A DNA stretch of 64,000 nucleotides from an uncultured archaeon (GTDB taxonomy: Archaea > Iainarchaeota > Iainarchaeia > Iainarchaeales > GCA-2688035), in NCBI GenBank assembly GCA_964354805.1, contig CAYHBD010000028.1, positions 3,186 through 67,185 of the forward strand, in the 5' to 3' direction. Position 1 is the stretch's first letter; every line of letters starts with the position of its first letter. The notes under the pieces were generated by a model that worked only from the letters and a program-made list of their open reading frames with translations, was not told where the DNA came from and did not search any database. Shown here in pieces: positions 25,399-35,193 of this stretch. The position numbers and the translations under genes were made by a program.

Positions 25399-25707
25399 TT
25401 GAAGGTGGGCACTGATTTGTTTCACAAGATTCACAGCATGCAGGGAAAGCAGGTCCTGGCTGTCTGCGACAAGCAAGTGGTTGGAAAGCAATTGCGGCAG
25501 GGGGAAATTGAATTCAATGTGAGCGAGCGCTTTTTCAAGGAAAAAGAACTAAGCGAAAAGGAATTAAGGGAATTGCTGCATGAATTTGATAACATTAACC
25601 TTGTTGGAAACAAGGCTGTTGCAATTGCAATTGATGAAAAGATTGCATCAAAAGAAAACGTAATTGAAATCCAAGGAGTAAAGCACGTTCAAATATTCAA
25701 AATCTGA
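25399..25707 (+). CDS. DUF424-family protein
   Basis: 102 aa. VLAVCDKQVVGKQL..INLVGNKAVAIAI pattern, and the usual position next to aIF2-beta. Confidence 0.6.
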   Translation: MKVGTDLFHKIHSMQGKQVLAVCDKQVVGKQLRQGEIEFNVSERFFKEKELSEKELRELLHEFDNINLVGNKAVAIAIDEKIASKENVIEIQGVKHVQIFKI

Positions 25708-25728
25708 TTTTTTTTGGAGTTGCCCTGA

Positions 25729-26058
25729 ATGCCCGGAAACAAAAACAGGAAGGACGGCAAAGAAGAGGAGCCAATCACCAGGCTAAGGTTTCCGAGGAAG
25801 GAAGACAACGAGCAATTTGGCCTTGTAACGCAGCTTATGGGCGCAAACCAGGTTAAAGCAATTTGCCAGGATGGAAAGGAAAGAATGTGCAGGATCCCTG
25901 GCAAGCTGAGAAAAAGGGTCTGGGTAAGGGTAAACGACGTTGTCATTGTAAAAGTATGGGACTTCCAGCCAATAAAGGGAGACATAATGTGGCGCTTCTT
26001 GGGAAACCAGACAGAATGGCTGAGAAGAAAAGGAATGCTGCAAGGGCTGCCTCTGTAA
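25729..26058 (+). CDS. eif1a: translation initiation factor aIF1A
   Basis: S1-like core GLVTQLMGANQVKAICQDGKERMCRIPGKLRKRVWVRVNDVVIV. Confidence 0.9.
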   Translation: MPGNKNRKDGKEEEPITRLRFPRKEDNEQFGLVTQLMGANQVKAICQDGKERMCRIPGKLRKRVWVRVNDVVIVKVWDFQPIKGDIMWRFLGNQTEWLRRKGMLQGLPL

Positions 26059-26182
26059 AAATTAAATTATTAGTTTTTCACCTAAGTAAAAAAAGCAATA
26101 TTTAAACAGCAGTGAACACTAATTGTTTCCAGCTGAAGGCAAAATTTCCCAAGGGTTTTTTGCATCAGCAAAAAAGGCTTAG

Positions 26183-28135
26183 GTGATTTGCTTGAACAAA
26201 TGGAATTTTTTTGGAACACTTGTTTTAATTGCGGTTATTGCTATTGCTGCGCTTGGAACACAGCCCACGCCGCCAGTTGTTAACCCGCCTGTTTCATTCA
26301 AGGAAATGCCGCGCTTTGAAAGCGAGGCAGCAATGATTGCCGCTTTCGAGAAAGCGCAGGCTGAAGGCAGGCAATACGGAATGTGGGACGTGGTAAAGGG
26401 CGTTGCCGTGCCAATGGCTGCGCCAAGTATGGCAACAGGCGCTGAAAGCGCAAACGGCGGCACAGTTGATTATTCAACAACGAACATTCAGGTTGAGGGA
26501 GTTGATGAAGCAGACATTGTAAAGAGCGACGGAAAATACATTTACAATTTTTCGCAAAACAGGCTTATTATAACCGACGCTTACCCGATTGAGAATGCAG
26601 CGATTTTGTCAAAAACAGAGCTGCAGAATGTAACCCCGCAGGAAATGTTTGTAGCAGGGGACAAGCTGCTTTTGTTCGGATACAAGTATGAAGAACAAGA
26701 TGCACAGAGTGAAGCTAAAAGCATTGCAGTTGGGGAATACTACCCTTATGGGGGAAGCAATAAGGTCATTGCCAGGTTGTATGACATAAGCGACAGGGCA
26801 AACCCAAAGGTTGAGAAAGAAATTGAATTCGAGGGAAGTTATGTAACAAGCAGGCTGATTGGCTCCAACGCTTACTTTGTTGTAAACAGCTGGCCTCGAA
26901 ACTGGGTTTGCGAAGACGGCAAGGAAGGATGCATAATTCCATTGATGGTTGAAGATGGCGTTGAGAAAAAGGTTGCGGAAGCAACGGAAATCGGCTACAT
27001 TCCGCCAATGCCTGCAAGCAGCTTTGTTACAATCGCATCACTGAACCTTGAAACAGAGGAAATGCAGAAGGAAACAATTGCAGGAAGCGCGGAGACAGTG
27101 TATGCATCCCAGAACAGCATTTACCTTGCAGGCACCAGCTGGCTGCCTCCGGAAACACCAATAGTGGGCGCGGTTGAGAGAATCATTACAGGGGACAGGG
27201 AAAAGACAGTGATAAACAAATTTGGATTGCAGGAAGGAAAAATAGGCTATGTCGGCCAGGGCGAGGTGCCAGGCCATGTCTTGAACCAGTTCTCAATGGA
27301 CGAGTTTGAGGGAAATTTCAGGATTGCAACAACAGTTGGCCAGGTTTCAAGGATGGGCAGCGGAACCACAAACAACCTTTATGTGCTGGATACTGAAATG
27401 AACACCATTGGAAAGCTGGAAGACTTGGCCCCTGGCGAAAAGATTTACTCAGCGCGCTTCATGGGAAAAAGGGCTTACATGGTTACATTCAAAAAGGTCG
27501 ATCCATTGTTTGTAATTGATGTCAGCGAGCCGACTAACCCAAAGGTTTTGGGAAAGCTGAAGATTCCAGGATTCAGCGATTATTTGCACCCGATTGATGA
27601 AACGCATTTGATCGGCGTTGGAAAGGAAACAATTGAGGCAGTGAAAGGTGATTTCGCCTGGTATCAGGGGATGAAGCTGGCTGTCTTTGATGTAAGCGAT
27701 GTGGCAAACCCAATTGAAATGCACAAGGTTGTGATTGGAGACAGGGGCACTGACAGCTATGCATTGTACGACCACAAGGCATTCCTTTATGACAAGGAAA
27801 AGGAATTGCTTGTGCTGCCGATAATGTTATCAGAGATTCCGGCGGAGCAGAAGAAGCCAATTGAAAACGAAAGCATTTCCCCAACTTATGGAGAGCCGGT
27901 TTTCCAGGGAGCATTTGTTTTTAGGCTCACTTTGGAGAACGGCTTTGAGGAGAGAGGCAGGATAACGCATGTAACAGGGGAAGACGAATTGAAAAGAGGC
28001 TATTATTACAGCGATGAATACAGCGTCAAAAGGGCATTGTACATTGGAAACGTCCTGTACACCTTGAGCGACAGCATGCTGAAAGCAAACGCGCTTGACA
28101 CGCTTTCGGAATTGAAGGAATTTGCTTTTGAATAA
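26183..28135 (+). CDS. secreted beta-propeller-domain protein (Beta_propel-like)
   Basis: N-terminal TM/signal segment. YSTTNIQVEGVDEADIVKSDGKYIY is the typical opening block of this family. 650 aa. The exact start (GTG 26183 or TTG 26192) is uncertain. Confidence 0.65.
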   Translation: MICLNKWNFFGTLVLIAVIAIAALGTQPTPPVVNPPVSFKEMPRFESEAAMIAAFEKAQAEGRQYGMWDVVKGVAVPMAAPSMATGAESANGGTVDYSTTNIQVEGVDEADIVKSDGKYIYNFSQNRLIITDAYPIENAAILSKTELQNVTPQEMFVAGDKLLLFGYKYEEQDAQSEAKSIAVGEYYPYGGSNKVIARLYDISDRANPKVEKEIEFEGSYVTSRLIGSNAYFVVNSWPRNWVCEDGKEGCIIPLMVEDGVEKKVAEATEIGYIPPMPASSFVTIASLNLETEEMQKETIAGSAETVYASQNSIYLAGTSWLPPETPIVGAVERIITGDREKTVINKFGLQEGKIGYVGQGEVPGHVLNQFSMDEFEGNFRIATTVGQVSRMGSGTTNNLYVLDTEMNTIGKLEDLAPGEKIYSARFMGKRAYMVTFKKVDPLFVIDVSEPTNPKVLGKLKIPGFSDYLHPIDETHLIGVGKETIEAVKGDFAWYQGMKLAVFDVSDVANPIEMHKVVIGDRGTDSYALYDHKAFLYDKEKELLVLPIMLSEIPAEQKKPIENESISPTYGEPVFQGAFVFRLTLENGFEERGRITHVTGEDELKRGYYYSDEYSVKRALYIGNVLYTLSDSMLKANALDTLSELKEFAFE

Positions 28136-28246
28136 ATTCCTTCCCTTTTTCTTTTTATTTCCCAAAGGATTTTTTTCACGTAAGCGAAAAATGCTTTTTT
28201 CTTCCCCCAATTAATAATTTAAACCTCTTTCAGCCTAATTCCTTTC

Positions 28247-29011
28247 ATGCAGAGCGAAAGCAAGGAAGAATTTGATTTGCGGAAATTTGTTCCAAAAGAA
28301 GAGCACAGAAAGACGTTTGCAAAGGTTTTTGACCAAGAAACAATAGCCGCGGTGCACAAGCTTGCTACAAAAGGATACTTGGATGTATTAGAGCATGTTA
28401 TAAGCACCGGAAAGGAAGCTCACGTTTTCAAGGCTCTGGACAGCGCCGGCAACAGCAGGGCAGTGAAAATCTACAAAACAGATACAAGCGATTTCAACAG
28501 AATGCACAGGTACCTGCAGGGAGACATAAGATTCAAGCAGGTTAGGCACACAAAGCACGACATTGTTTTTGCCTGGACAAAAAAAGAATTCAAGAACCTT
28601 TCCTTAATGAACGAGGCCGGCGTCAGGGCACCACTGCCTGCTGCATTCCACAGAAACGTGCTGGTAATGGAATTCATCGGGGATACCGAGGGCAATCCAG
28701 CACCAACACTGAAGGATTCGCGGCCAAAGGATTTGCACCAGGCATATGAAACAATTGTCGATTTTCTCGCAAGGTTGTTGTTCAAAGCAGAGCTTGTCTA
28801 CGCCGATTTCTCGGAATACAACATTTTGAACAACGCCGGCGAACTGGTTTTAATTGACGCTGGCCAGGCTGTTTTAACAACCCACCCTGAAGCAGAAAGC
28901 TTTTTTGACAGAGACATAAAAAACACTGCCCATTATTTCTCAAAGCACGGACTGCAGAAAACAGCGGAGCAACTGAAGGAAGACGTAAAGGCAAGAAAGG
29001 GAAAAATTTGA
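28247..29011 (+). CDS. rio1: RIO-type serine kinase Rio1
   Basis: STGKEAHVF nucleotide loop, catalytic LVYADFSEYNIL and metal-binding LIDAGQAV. No N-terminal wHTH, so Rio1 rather than Rio2. Confidence 0.88.
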   Translation: MQSESKEEFDLRKFVPKEEHRKTFAKVFDQETIAAVHKLATKGYLDVLEHVISTGKEAHVFKALDSAGNSRAVKIYKTDTSDFNRMHRYLQGDIRFKQVRHTKHDIVFAWTKKEFKNLSLMNEAGVRAPLPAAFHRNVLVMEFIGDTEGNPAPTLKDSRPKDLHQAYETIVDFLARLLFKAELVYADFSEYNILNNAGELVLIDAGQAVLTTHPEAESFFDRDIKNTAHYFSKHGLQKTAEQLKEDVKARKGKI

Positions 29012-29050
29012 GGTTGGGGAAGCTTAAAAAAATCAAAGAGGGGCTTTTTT

Positions 29051-29395
29051 ATGCCAAATTTTAATCGAGGAAGAATTAACCGAGGGCAAAATAAACCAAA
29101 AGGCAAACAAAAAGTAGGGCAAACAGGCAGGCCAAGAGTGGGGCAGAAAAAGGTGTTTCCAAAGGTGGAAAATTTACAAGAGCTTGTGCGACAAAAAAGT
29201 GAGCTTGGAAAACAATGGAGAGGGCTGTTGGAGCAGATCAAAAAAAGTGGAAAGGCTTGGGGAGACCAAGAAAATTTACCGCTATGGGCCGAGATTGGAG
29301 CGCTCGTTAGAAAAATTAGTAGAATAGATGGCAAAATCCGAGGCAGCAAAACCCAAGGGCCACGCTATGGAAGAAGATCGAACAAAAAGGGTTAG
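29051..29395 (+). CDS. orphan basic protein (114 aa)
   Basis: ATG ORF between rio1 and the KH gene. Arg/Leu/Ser codon choice (cga, tta, agt) differs by eye from the neighbours. Confidence 0.4.
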   Translation: MPNFNRGRINRGQNKPKGKQKVGQTGRPRVGQKKVFPKVENLQELVRQKSELGKQWRGLLEQIKKSGKAWGDQENLPLWAEIGALVRKISRIDGKIRGSKTQGPRYGRRSNKKG

Positions 29396-29533
29396 CGGAA
29401 ATGCATGCAAAAAAAGCGCAAAATTTTCAGCTAATCGGCAGCGCCGTAAAACCCATTATAACCCGTTTTTAAGCCAATTTGACGCATTTTATGTGAATCG
29501 TGTTTTTCTTGGAATCAGCTTATTAAAGCTTTC

Positions 29534-29553
29534 CAATATATTATAATATATTG
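29534..29553. promoter_or_regulatory. perfect 20-bp AT palindrome CAATATATTATAATATATTG upstream of/overlapping the KH-gene start
   Basis: The reverse complement of CAATATATTA is TAATATATTG. It also contains TATA-like sequence. Confidence 0.5.
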
Positions 29554-30123
29554 CTTATAATAGAGCGGTGTCTTTTTTTGCCTTCTGAATTGGTTGAGCT
29601 TGTTAAGATTCCAAAGGAAAGAGTCGGCGCCCTAATCGGCCCTGGCGGCAAAACAAAGCAAAAGCTGCAGCAGCTGGCTGGAGTAAAAATTTCGGTTGAC
29701 AGCGAAACAGGCGAGGTGGAATTGCAGGGCAAGCCAGAGAGTGCGGAGAATTTTTACAACGCTGCCAATGTTGTCAAGGCGATTGGCAGGGGGTTTTCGC
29801 CGCAAAACGCGCTGTTGCTGCTTGAACAGGATTACTTGCTTGATGTGATAAAAGTAAGCGACATTGTTTCAGGCGGCGAGAAAACAATTAAAACAAGAAA
29901 AGGCAGGGTAATCGGAAGGCATGGAAAGGCTCGCGAGATAATTGAAAGGGAAACAGACAGCAAGATTGTTGTTTTGGGAAAAACGGTTGCAATAATCGCA
30001 AGGCCAGAGGAAATGCAGACAGCGAGGAAAGCGGTTGAAATGCTTTTAGAGGGGGCAGAGCACAGCACAATTTACAAGCTCCTGCAACGCAAAAGGAGCG
30101 AAGAGAAAAAATTCAGCATTTAA
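29551..30123 (+). CDS. KH-domain RNA-binding protein (archaeal Dim2/Pno1-like)
   Basis: Two KH-like GxxG segments (ALIGPGGKTKQKL; RVIGRHGKAREII), located downstream of rio1 as in many archaea. The start codon is uncertain. Confidence 0.75.
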   Translation: MLIIERCLFLPSELVELVKIPKERVGALIGPGGKTKQKLQQLAGVKISVDSETGEVELQGKPESAENFYNAANVVKAIGRGFSPQNALLLLEQDYLLDVIKVSDIVSGGEKTIKTRKGRVIGRHGKAREIIERETDSKIVVLGKTVAIIARPEEMQTARKAVEMLLEGAEHSTIYKLLQRKRSEEKKFSI

Positions 30124-30222
30124 GGAAGCAGCAAAAAAATAATTAAAAAAACCAAAAAATAAACAAAAAATTTGAAAAAATAAAAACAAATTGAAAAAAT
30201 TCGGCTTTTGAGGTGCAGCGGT

Positions 30223-31962
30223 ATGCCTGAGCAAAAAAACAATGATGATGAACCAATTGACGCTGAAGCGCTTGCAAAGGAGTTCAGGGACCAAAGCGTT
30301 GCAGAGTTCTTCAAAAAAAACAAGCAAATGCTCGGCCTGACAGGAAAAATCAGGACGCTTACAACAATAGTGCATGAATATACAACCAATGCCCTGGACG
30401 CCTGCGAGGAAGCAAAGATTCTGCCTGAAATCGAAGTGAAAATCTCAGAGCTTGGAGAAGAGCATTACGAGGTAATGGTTAAGGATAACGGCCCTGGCCT
30501 GACAGAGCAGACAATAGGAAAAGCATTTGCACAGATGCTGAGCGGCACGAAATTCCACAGGCTGATGCAGAGCAGGGGGCAGCAGGGGATAGGCGCTTCA
30601 GGCTGCACAATGCTTTCCCTGATGACAACAGGCAAGCAAATTGAGGTCATTACAGGAAGCGGAAAAAAAACCCTGATGGCAGAGCTGACAATTGACCCAA
30701 AGAAAAACGAACCGAAGATAATCAAAATAGAGGAAATAAAGAAAGAATTCAGGGGCACTGCAGTAAAAGCGCAATTCAAGGGGATAAAATACCAGAAAAG
30801 CGACCAGGGGGCATTTGAATATCTGCGAAGAACGGCGATTGCAAACCCGCACGCAAAAATAATTTTCATTGAGCCTGACGGCACAAAAACCGTTTTTGAA
30901 AGAACCTCAAAGGTGATTCCGCCGCGTAGCATTGAAGTAAAACCGCACCCCAAGGGCGTTACAGTTGACGAAATTCTGACAATGGCAAAATCAAGCGAGG
31001 CAAGAAAGGTTTCTTCTTTCCTGAAAAATGATTTCGACAGGATGGGCGACAAGGCAGTAGAGGACATATCAAAGCACATCACTTTCGACTTAAACAAGGA
31101 CCCAAAAAGATTGGAGTGGCACGAGGCAGAGGAAATAGTCAAGGCAATAAAAAGCATACAGTTCATTGCCCCAAGAACGGATTCGTTAAGGCCGATTGGA
31201 AAAGAGAGGGTTGAGGCAGCCCTTAAAGAAATAGTGCAGCCGGAATTCTTGAGCGTTGTGGAAAGAAAGCCGCAGGTGCACAGCGGTGGCTATGCTTTTC
31301 AGGTTGAAGCAGCTGTTGCATTCGGAGGCAATGCAGGCAGAAGCAGCGGCGAAGTAATAGAGAACAGTGACGGGACGAAAAGCGAGATCAGGAGAGTTGA
31401 AATAATGCGCTTTGCAAACCGCGTTCCCCTGTTGTTTGACGGCGGCGGATGCGCTCTGACAAAGGCAGTCCAAAGCATTGAATGGAAACGCTATGGAATC
31501 AGGGACATGGATAACGCGCCATTGACTGTTTTTGCGCACATTCTTTCAGTGCACATTCCTTACACAGGCGCAGGAAAGCAGGCTGTAACAGACGAAGAAG
31601 CAATAATGGAAGAATTGCGCCTGGCAATAATGGACACAGGCAGGAGAATTTACCATTTCGTTGCAGGAAAGAGAAGGGAAGCCGAAAAGCAGGCAAAGAG
31701 AAAGCTGTTCATGAAATACGCTACAGAGGTTGCAATCGCACTGAATGTTTTAACCGGAAAAAGCGTAAAGCTGATTGAGGAAAAGCTGCACGACATTGTG
31801 CTCAAGAGGCTGAAACTTGAGGAAAAACACGAAAAGGAATTGGAAGAAGAAATGAGCGAAGAGGATTTGAAAAAAGAAGCGAAAAAGACAGCAAAGGAAA
31901 AAAAGAAAGCAAAGAAAGGAAAAAGGAAAAGCGCTCTTGCGGAAAAAGGCAGCGAAGAGTAA
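30223..31962 (+). CDS. top6B: DNA topoisomerase VI subunit B with Lys/Glu-rich C-terminal tail
   Basis: GAGGTG then ATG at 30223. GHKL blocks VHEYTTNALDA and VKDNGPGL. Tail ..KKEAKKTAKEKKKAKKGKRK. Confidence 0.92.
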   Translation: MPEQKNNDDEPIDAEALAKEFRDQSVAEFFKKNKQMLGLTGKIRTLTTIVHEYTTNALDACEEAKILPEIEVKISELGEEHYEVMVKDNGPGLTEQTIGKAFAQMLSGTKFHRLMQSRGQQGIGASGCTMLSLMTTGKQIEVITGSGKKTLMAELTIDPKKNEPKIIKIEEIKKEFRGTAVKAQFKGIKYQKSDQGAFEYLRRTAIANPHAKIIFIEPDGTKTVFERTSKVIPPRSIEVKPHPKGVTVDEILTMAKSSEARKVSSFLKNDFDRMGDKAVEDISKHITFDLNKDPKRLEWHEAEEIVKAIKSIQFIAPRTDSLRPIGKERVEAALKEIVQPEFLSVVERKPQVHSGGYAFQVEAAVAFGGNAGRSSGEVIENSDGTKSEIRRVEIMRFANRVPLLFDGGGCALTKAVQSIEWKRYGIRDMDNAPLTVFAHILSVHIPYTGAGKQAVTDEEAIMEELRLAIMDTGRRIYHFVAGKRREAEKQAKRKLFMKYATEVAIALNVLTGKSVKLIEEKLHDIVLKRLKLEEKHEKELEEEMSEEDLKKEAKKTAKEKKKAKKGKRKSALAEKGSEE

Positions 31963-32073
31963 AAGATGGGGGAAAGAAAAAAATTTAAAGTTGCAGAAAA
32001 AACAACGAAGAATAAAAAATTAATGAAAGCTGAAAAGGCAAAAAAAAACGCTTTAAAAAACGGGTGATGGAGA

Positions 32074-33162
32074 ATGAAGGACAGCGAAGTAATAAAAAAG
32101 CTTGAAAACGCAGGCGACGGCATACTGAAGCAGATAAACAAGGGGGAAAACCCATCCTATGAGCTGCCTGTCAGGACATTGAACAACATTTACTTCGACC
32201 AGAAAAGCAGGACAATAAAGCTTGGCGACAAAACAAGCGAAAGGCAGTTCCTTAACGTTGCCCACACGAGGAAATTCATGCAGACAATGCTGATTGCAGC
32301 TGAAATAAAAAAAGTAATAGGTGAAAAAGCAACAATAAGCATCAGGGACCTGTATTATGCGCTGAAGCACACAATCGCTGACACAAACGAGAACACGTTT
32401 GACGAACAAAGCGAAAGTGATCCGCTTATAGAAGACATTGAGGCATCGCTTGACCTTTTAAGGGAAGAGCTGCACCTTGCCGCAAGCAGCAAGGGCGTTA
32501 TTGTCGGAGACATGGTGATAAAGGACGGCAAGGACAAGATTGATTTGACCAGAATGGGCAGTGGCGGCTGGGGAGTTCCAAGCAATGTTGAGCCAGACAG
32601 GATTGAAATAAAGGATGTTGCCGCTGAATACGTTTTGTTCATTGAAAAAGATGCTGTCTGGAAGCGCTTCAACGAGGACTTGTTCTGGAAGAAGCACAAA
32701 TGCATTTTGATTACTGGAAGAGGGCAGCCGAGCAGGGCTGAAAGGCGCTTGGTTCAGCGCTTGAACCATGAGTTTAAGCTGCCGGTTCTTGCTTTAATGG
32801 ATGCCGACCCTTGGGGAATGTACATTTACAGCGTAATAAAGCAGGGCAGCATCAGCCTTTCCTACAGCGAGGAAAAGCTTGCAACACCCGAAACAAAATA
32901 CATTGGCCTGACAGTCAAGGATGTTGAAACATTCAAGATTCCAAAAGAAGTGACAATCAAGCTGAACCATCTGGACATAAAGAGGCTGAATGAAATGAAA
33001 AACTACGAGTGGTTCAAGAACAAGCCATGGCAGGAGGAATTCCAGTTAATGAAAGACAAGGCAATCAAGTTGGAGCTGGAAGCACTGAGCAAAAAGGGAA
33101 TTCGCTTCATCACAGAGGAATATTTGCCGCAAAAAATCAAAACCAAGGACTTTTTGCCGTAA
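32074..33162 (+). CDS. top6A: DNA topoisomerase VI subunit A (Spo11 family)
   Basis: Catalytic Tyr region IRDLYYALK. Toprim motifs FIEKDAVW and MDADPWGMYI. Confidence 0.93.
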   Translation: MKDSEVIKKLENAGDGILKQINKGENPSYELPVRTLNNIYFDQKSRTIKLGDKTSERQFLNVAHTRKFMQTMLIAAEIKKVIGEKATISIRDLYYALKHTIADTNENTFDEQSESDPLIEDIEASLDLLREELHLAASSKGVIVGDMVIKDGKDKIDLTRMGSGGWGVPSNVEPDRIEIKDVAAEYVLFIEKDAVWKRFNEDLFWKKHKCILITGRGQPSRAERRLVQRLNHEFKLPVLALMDADPWGMYIYSVIKQGSISLSYSEEKLATPETKYIGLTVKDVETFKIPKEVTIKLNHLDIKRLNEMKNYEWFKNKPWQEEFQLMKDKAIKLELEALSKKGIRFITEEYLPQKIKTKDFLP

Positions 33163-33166
33163 AGAG

Positions 33167-34684
33167 CTAACCTATTTTCTTTACTATTCCTTTCTCCGCA
33201 TCCACTTCCACCAAGTCATCATCCTTAAGCACCTGTGTTGCAATCCTTGTTCCAACAATGCAGGGGATTCTGAATTCCCTTGCAACAATTGCAGCATGGC
33301 ATGTAAGGCCACCGATGTCCGTTACTATGGCAGCAGCCATGTCCATTGCAGGCAACAGGTTGGGATTCGTTGCATGTGAAACAAGCACATCGCCCTTATT
33401 CATTTTGAATATTTCATTCGGGTGGTTGATTACTTTTACCCTGCCTTTGACAAAACCCTGGAATGCCGGCGTTCCCTTTAATTCTTTTGCCTTGCTTACT
33501 GCTTCAACTTTTACATTAGCCTTATACCATTTCCTCGCATCTTCCCCGACAAGGAAAGTTCTTTTGCCATTAACTGCAAAGAACACGCTGTACTTGATTC
33601 TTTCCTTTAACACCGAAAAGTCTTTGAATTTTCCCTGCAAGGCATCAATCAATTCCTGCCTCCGCATGTAACGCACCTCATCAAGCGTTATGCCAAGCCT
33701 TTTCGCTATTTCATTGAACAGCTTTTCAAGCACAAAGCAGCCGAAATACATTGCATCTTTCCTGTAAGCCTTTGTCTCAACCAGCCTTCTTGGAAAAGAA
33801 AAAATAATTCTCTCTGCTTCACTATCACAAATTCTCTGCAGCAACTTTTCCTGCAAAGGCAGAAGCCTCTTGTTCTGCTCAAGCTCTTCCCTAACTGAGT
33901 CAGTGGCTGTCATGTTCTCCTTAATCCGCTGCACAAAATATGCTTTTTGCAATACTGGGCCTTCGTACATGAAAAAAATCCACAAAAAATTTTTGTAATG
34001 TTCTTCAAGCAGCTTATCAAATTCCGGGAATTGCTTTGGCAGTGCCTGCAAAATTTCATCCACGCTCTTTTCGCTGAATAACTGCTTCAGCGCTTCATCA
34101 CTTAAAACTTTTTCAATCAGCGCCAGCTGCTTTCCCCTTTCCTCCGCAAGAATGCTTTCAGTATGCATCTGGCTGAGCAAGGCAAATGCATTCGGCAGAT
34201 TTATTTCACTCTTTTTTTGCTTTAGTTTCTCTGCAAGCAGCAGCCTGATTTTTGAGGAAATGAATTCCTCACTGAATTCCCCAATTAAAGTAAACATTCC
34301 AACTATGTGGGCTTCAATGTAAGCAGAGTGAATCCTCTCGAATATTTCCCGCAATTCCTGCTTTGATTTCTTTTCAAAATCAATTGAAAGCGTTTGCCTT
34401 GCAATAGCAAAATAAGTATCCGCATTTTTATCTATTTCCTGCAAATTTCTCTCAAGCCATTTTGGGTCAGCAATCGCCTTTTCCGCAACCCTCTTGCCTG
34501 CTTCAAGGAATTCGCTTTCAACCGCAAGCAACTCAATTGTCTTGTTCTCAAACTTCACGCCTGCACCAATCGGCACAGCGGGCTCAGGCAAAACGCTTAA
34601 ATAAGTAAGAAAATCAGTTGTTTTCATCGGGTAAATTCTCCTAATCGTTTCCCAAACAAACCATCGCTTTTCTTTTCCAGCCAT
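33167..34684 (-). CDS. PEP-utilising-enzyme swivel (mobile His) domain protein with a helical N-terminal domain and no ATP-grasp domain
   Basis: The C-terminus KGDVLVSHATNPNLLPAMDMAAAIVTDIGGLTCHAAIVAREFRIPCIVGT matches the phosphohistidine swivel domain, as in ppsA at 62.5 kb. The N-terminal ~400 aa lack the GGKGANL ATP-grasp block. Confidence 0.7.
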   Translation of the reverse strand: MAGKEKRWFVWETIRRIYPMKTTDFLTYLSVLPEPAVPIGAGVKFENKTIELLAVESEFLEAGKRVAEKAIADPKWLERNLQEIDKNADTYFAIARQTLSIDFEKKSKQELREIFERIHSAYIEAHIVGMFTLIGEFSEEFISSKIRLLLAEKLKQKKSEINLPNAFALLSQMHTESILAEERGKQLALIEKVLSDEALKQLFSEKSVDEILQALPKQFPEFDKLLEEHYKNFLWIFFMYEGPVLQKAYFVQRIKENMTATDSVREELEQNKRLLPLQEKLLQRICDSEAERIIFSFPRRLVETKAYRKDAMYFGCFVLEKLFNEIAKRLGITLDEVRYMRRQELIDALQGKFKDFSVLKERIKYSVFFAVNGKRTFLVGEDARKWYKANVKVEAVSKAKELKGTPAFQGFVKGRVKVINHPNEIFKMNKGDVLVSHATNPNLLPAMDMAAAIVTDIGGLTCHAAIVAREFRIPCIVGTRIATQVLKDDDLVEVDAEKGIVKKIG

Positions 34685-34689
34685 TTTTC

Positions 34690-35193
34690 CTACACCTTTA
34701 CCCCTGCTTTTCTGAGATCGCCGAGCATCTGGCTGAGTGAAACAAACTGTATGCCTTTGATGCCCGCCTTTTTTGCTGCATCAACGTTTCCGGCATCGTC
34801 ATCAATGAAAATTGTTTTCTCCGGCCTTGCATTAAAAGAGCGCAAAAGTAAATTAAAAATCTTTGTATCAGGCTTTTTCACCCCAACCCTGCCGCTAACT
34901 ATCTGCTCATCAAAAAGCTTTGGCAAGCCCAATTTTTTCTCCACAACAGTGTGAAAATCACTGTTTTGGTTGCTGAGCAAAACAACCTTATAGTTCCGCT
35001 TCAACTGCTTAATTGTTTCCCTCATACCCTCTCTTTCCTCTATCGGGCCAACCAGGTAATCGCCCTTTGTAAGAACGCCGCCCAAATCAAAAGCAATAAT
35101 GCCCTTTTTGCTTGCAAAAAGCAGCCTTTTCAATAAATAAACCAATGCAGCAATTGCAATAATTGAAATCAACGCATCCTCCATTTGCATCAC
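34690..35193 (-). CDS. membrane-anchored HAD-superfamily phosphatase (subfamily IA-like)
   Basis: N-terminal TM helix (ISIIAIAALVYLL), motif I AFDLGGVLT, motif II LLSN, motif IV FIDDDAGN. Confidence 0.7.
   Translation of the reverse strand: MMQMEDALISIIAIAALVYLLKRLLFASKKGIIAFDLGGVLTKGDYLVGPIEEREGMRETIKQLKRNYKVVLLSNQNSDFHTVVEKKLGLPKLFDEQIVSGRVGVKKPDTKIFNLLLRSFNARPEKTIFIDDDAGNVDAAKKAGIKGIQFVSLSQMLGDLRKAGVKV

Noticed and set aside
31966-32067. 33-aa Lys-rich ORF between top6B and top6A
   Set aside because: It lies in an A-rich spacer where Lys codons arise by composition. There is no ribosome-binding site, and it is more likely just the top6A leader.
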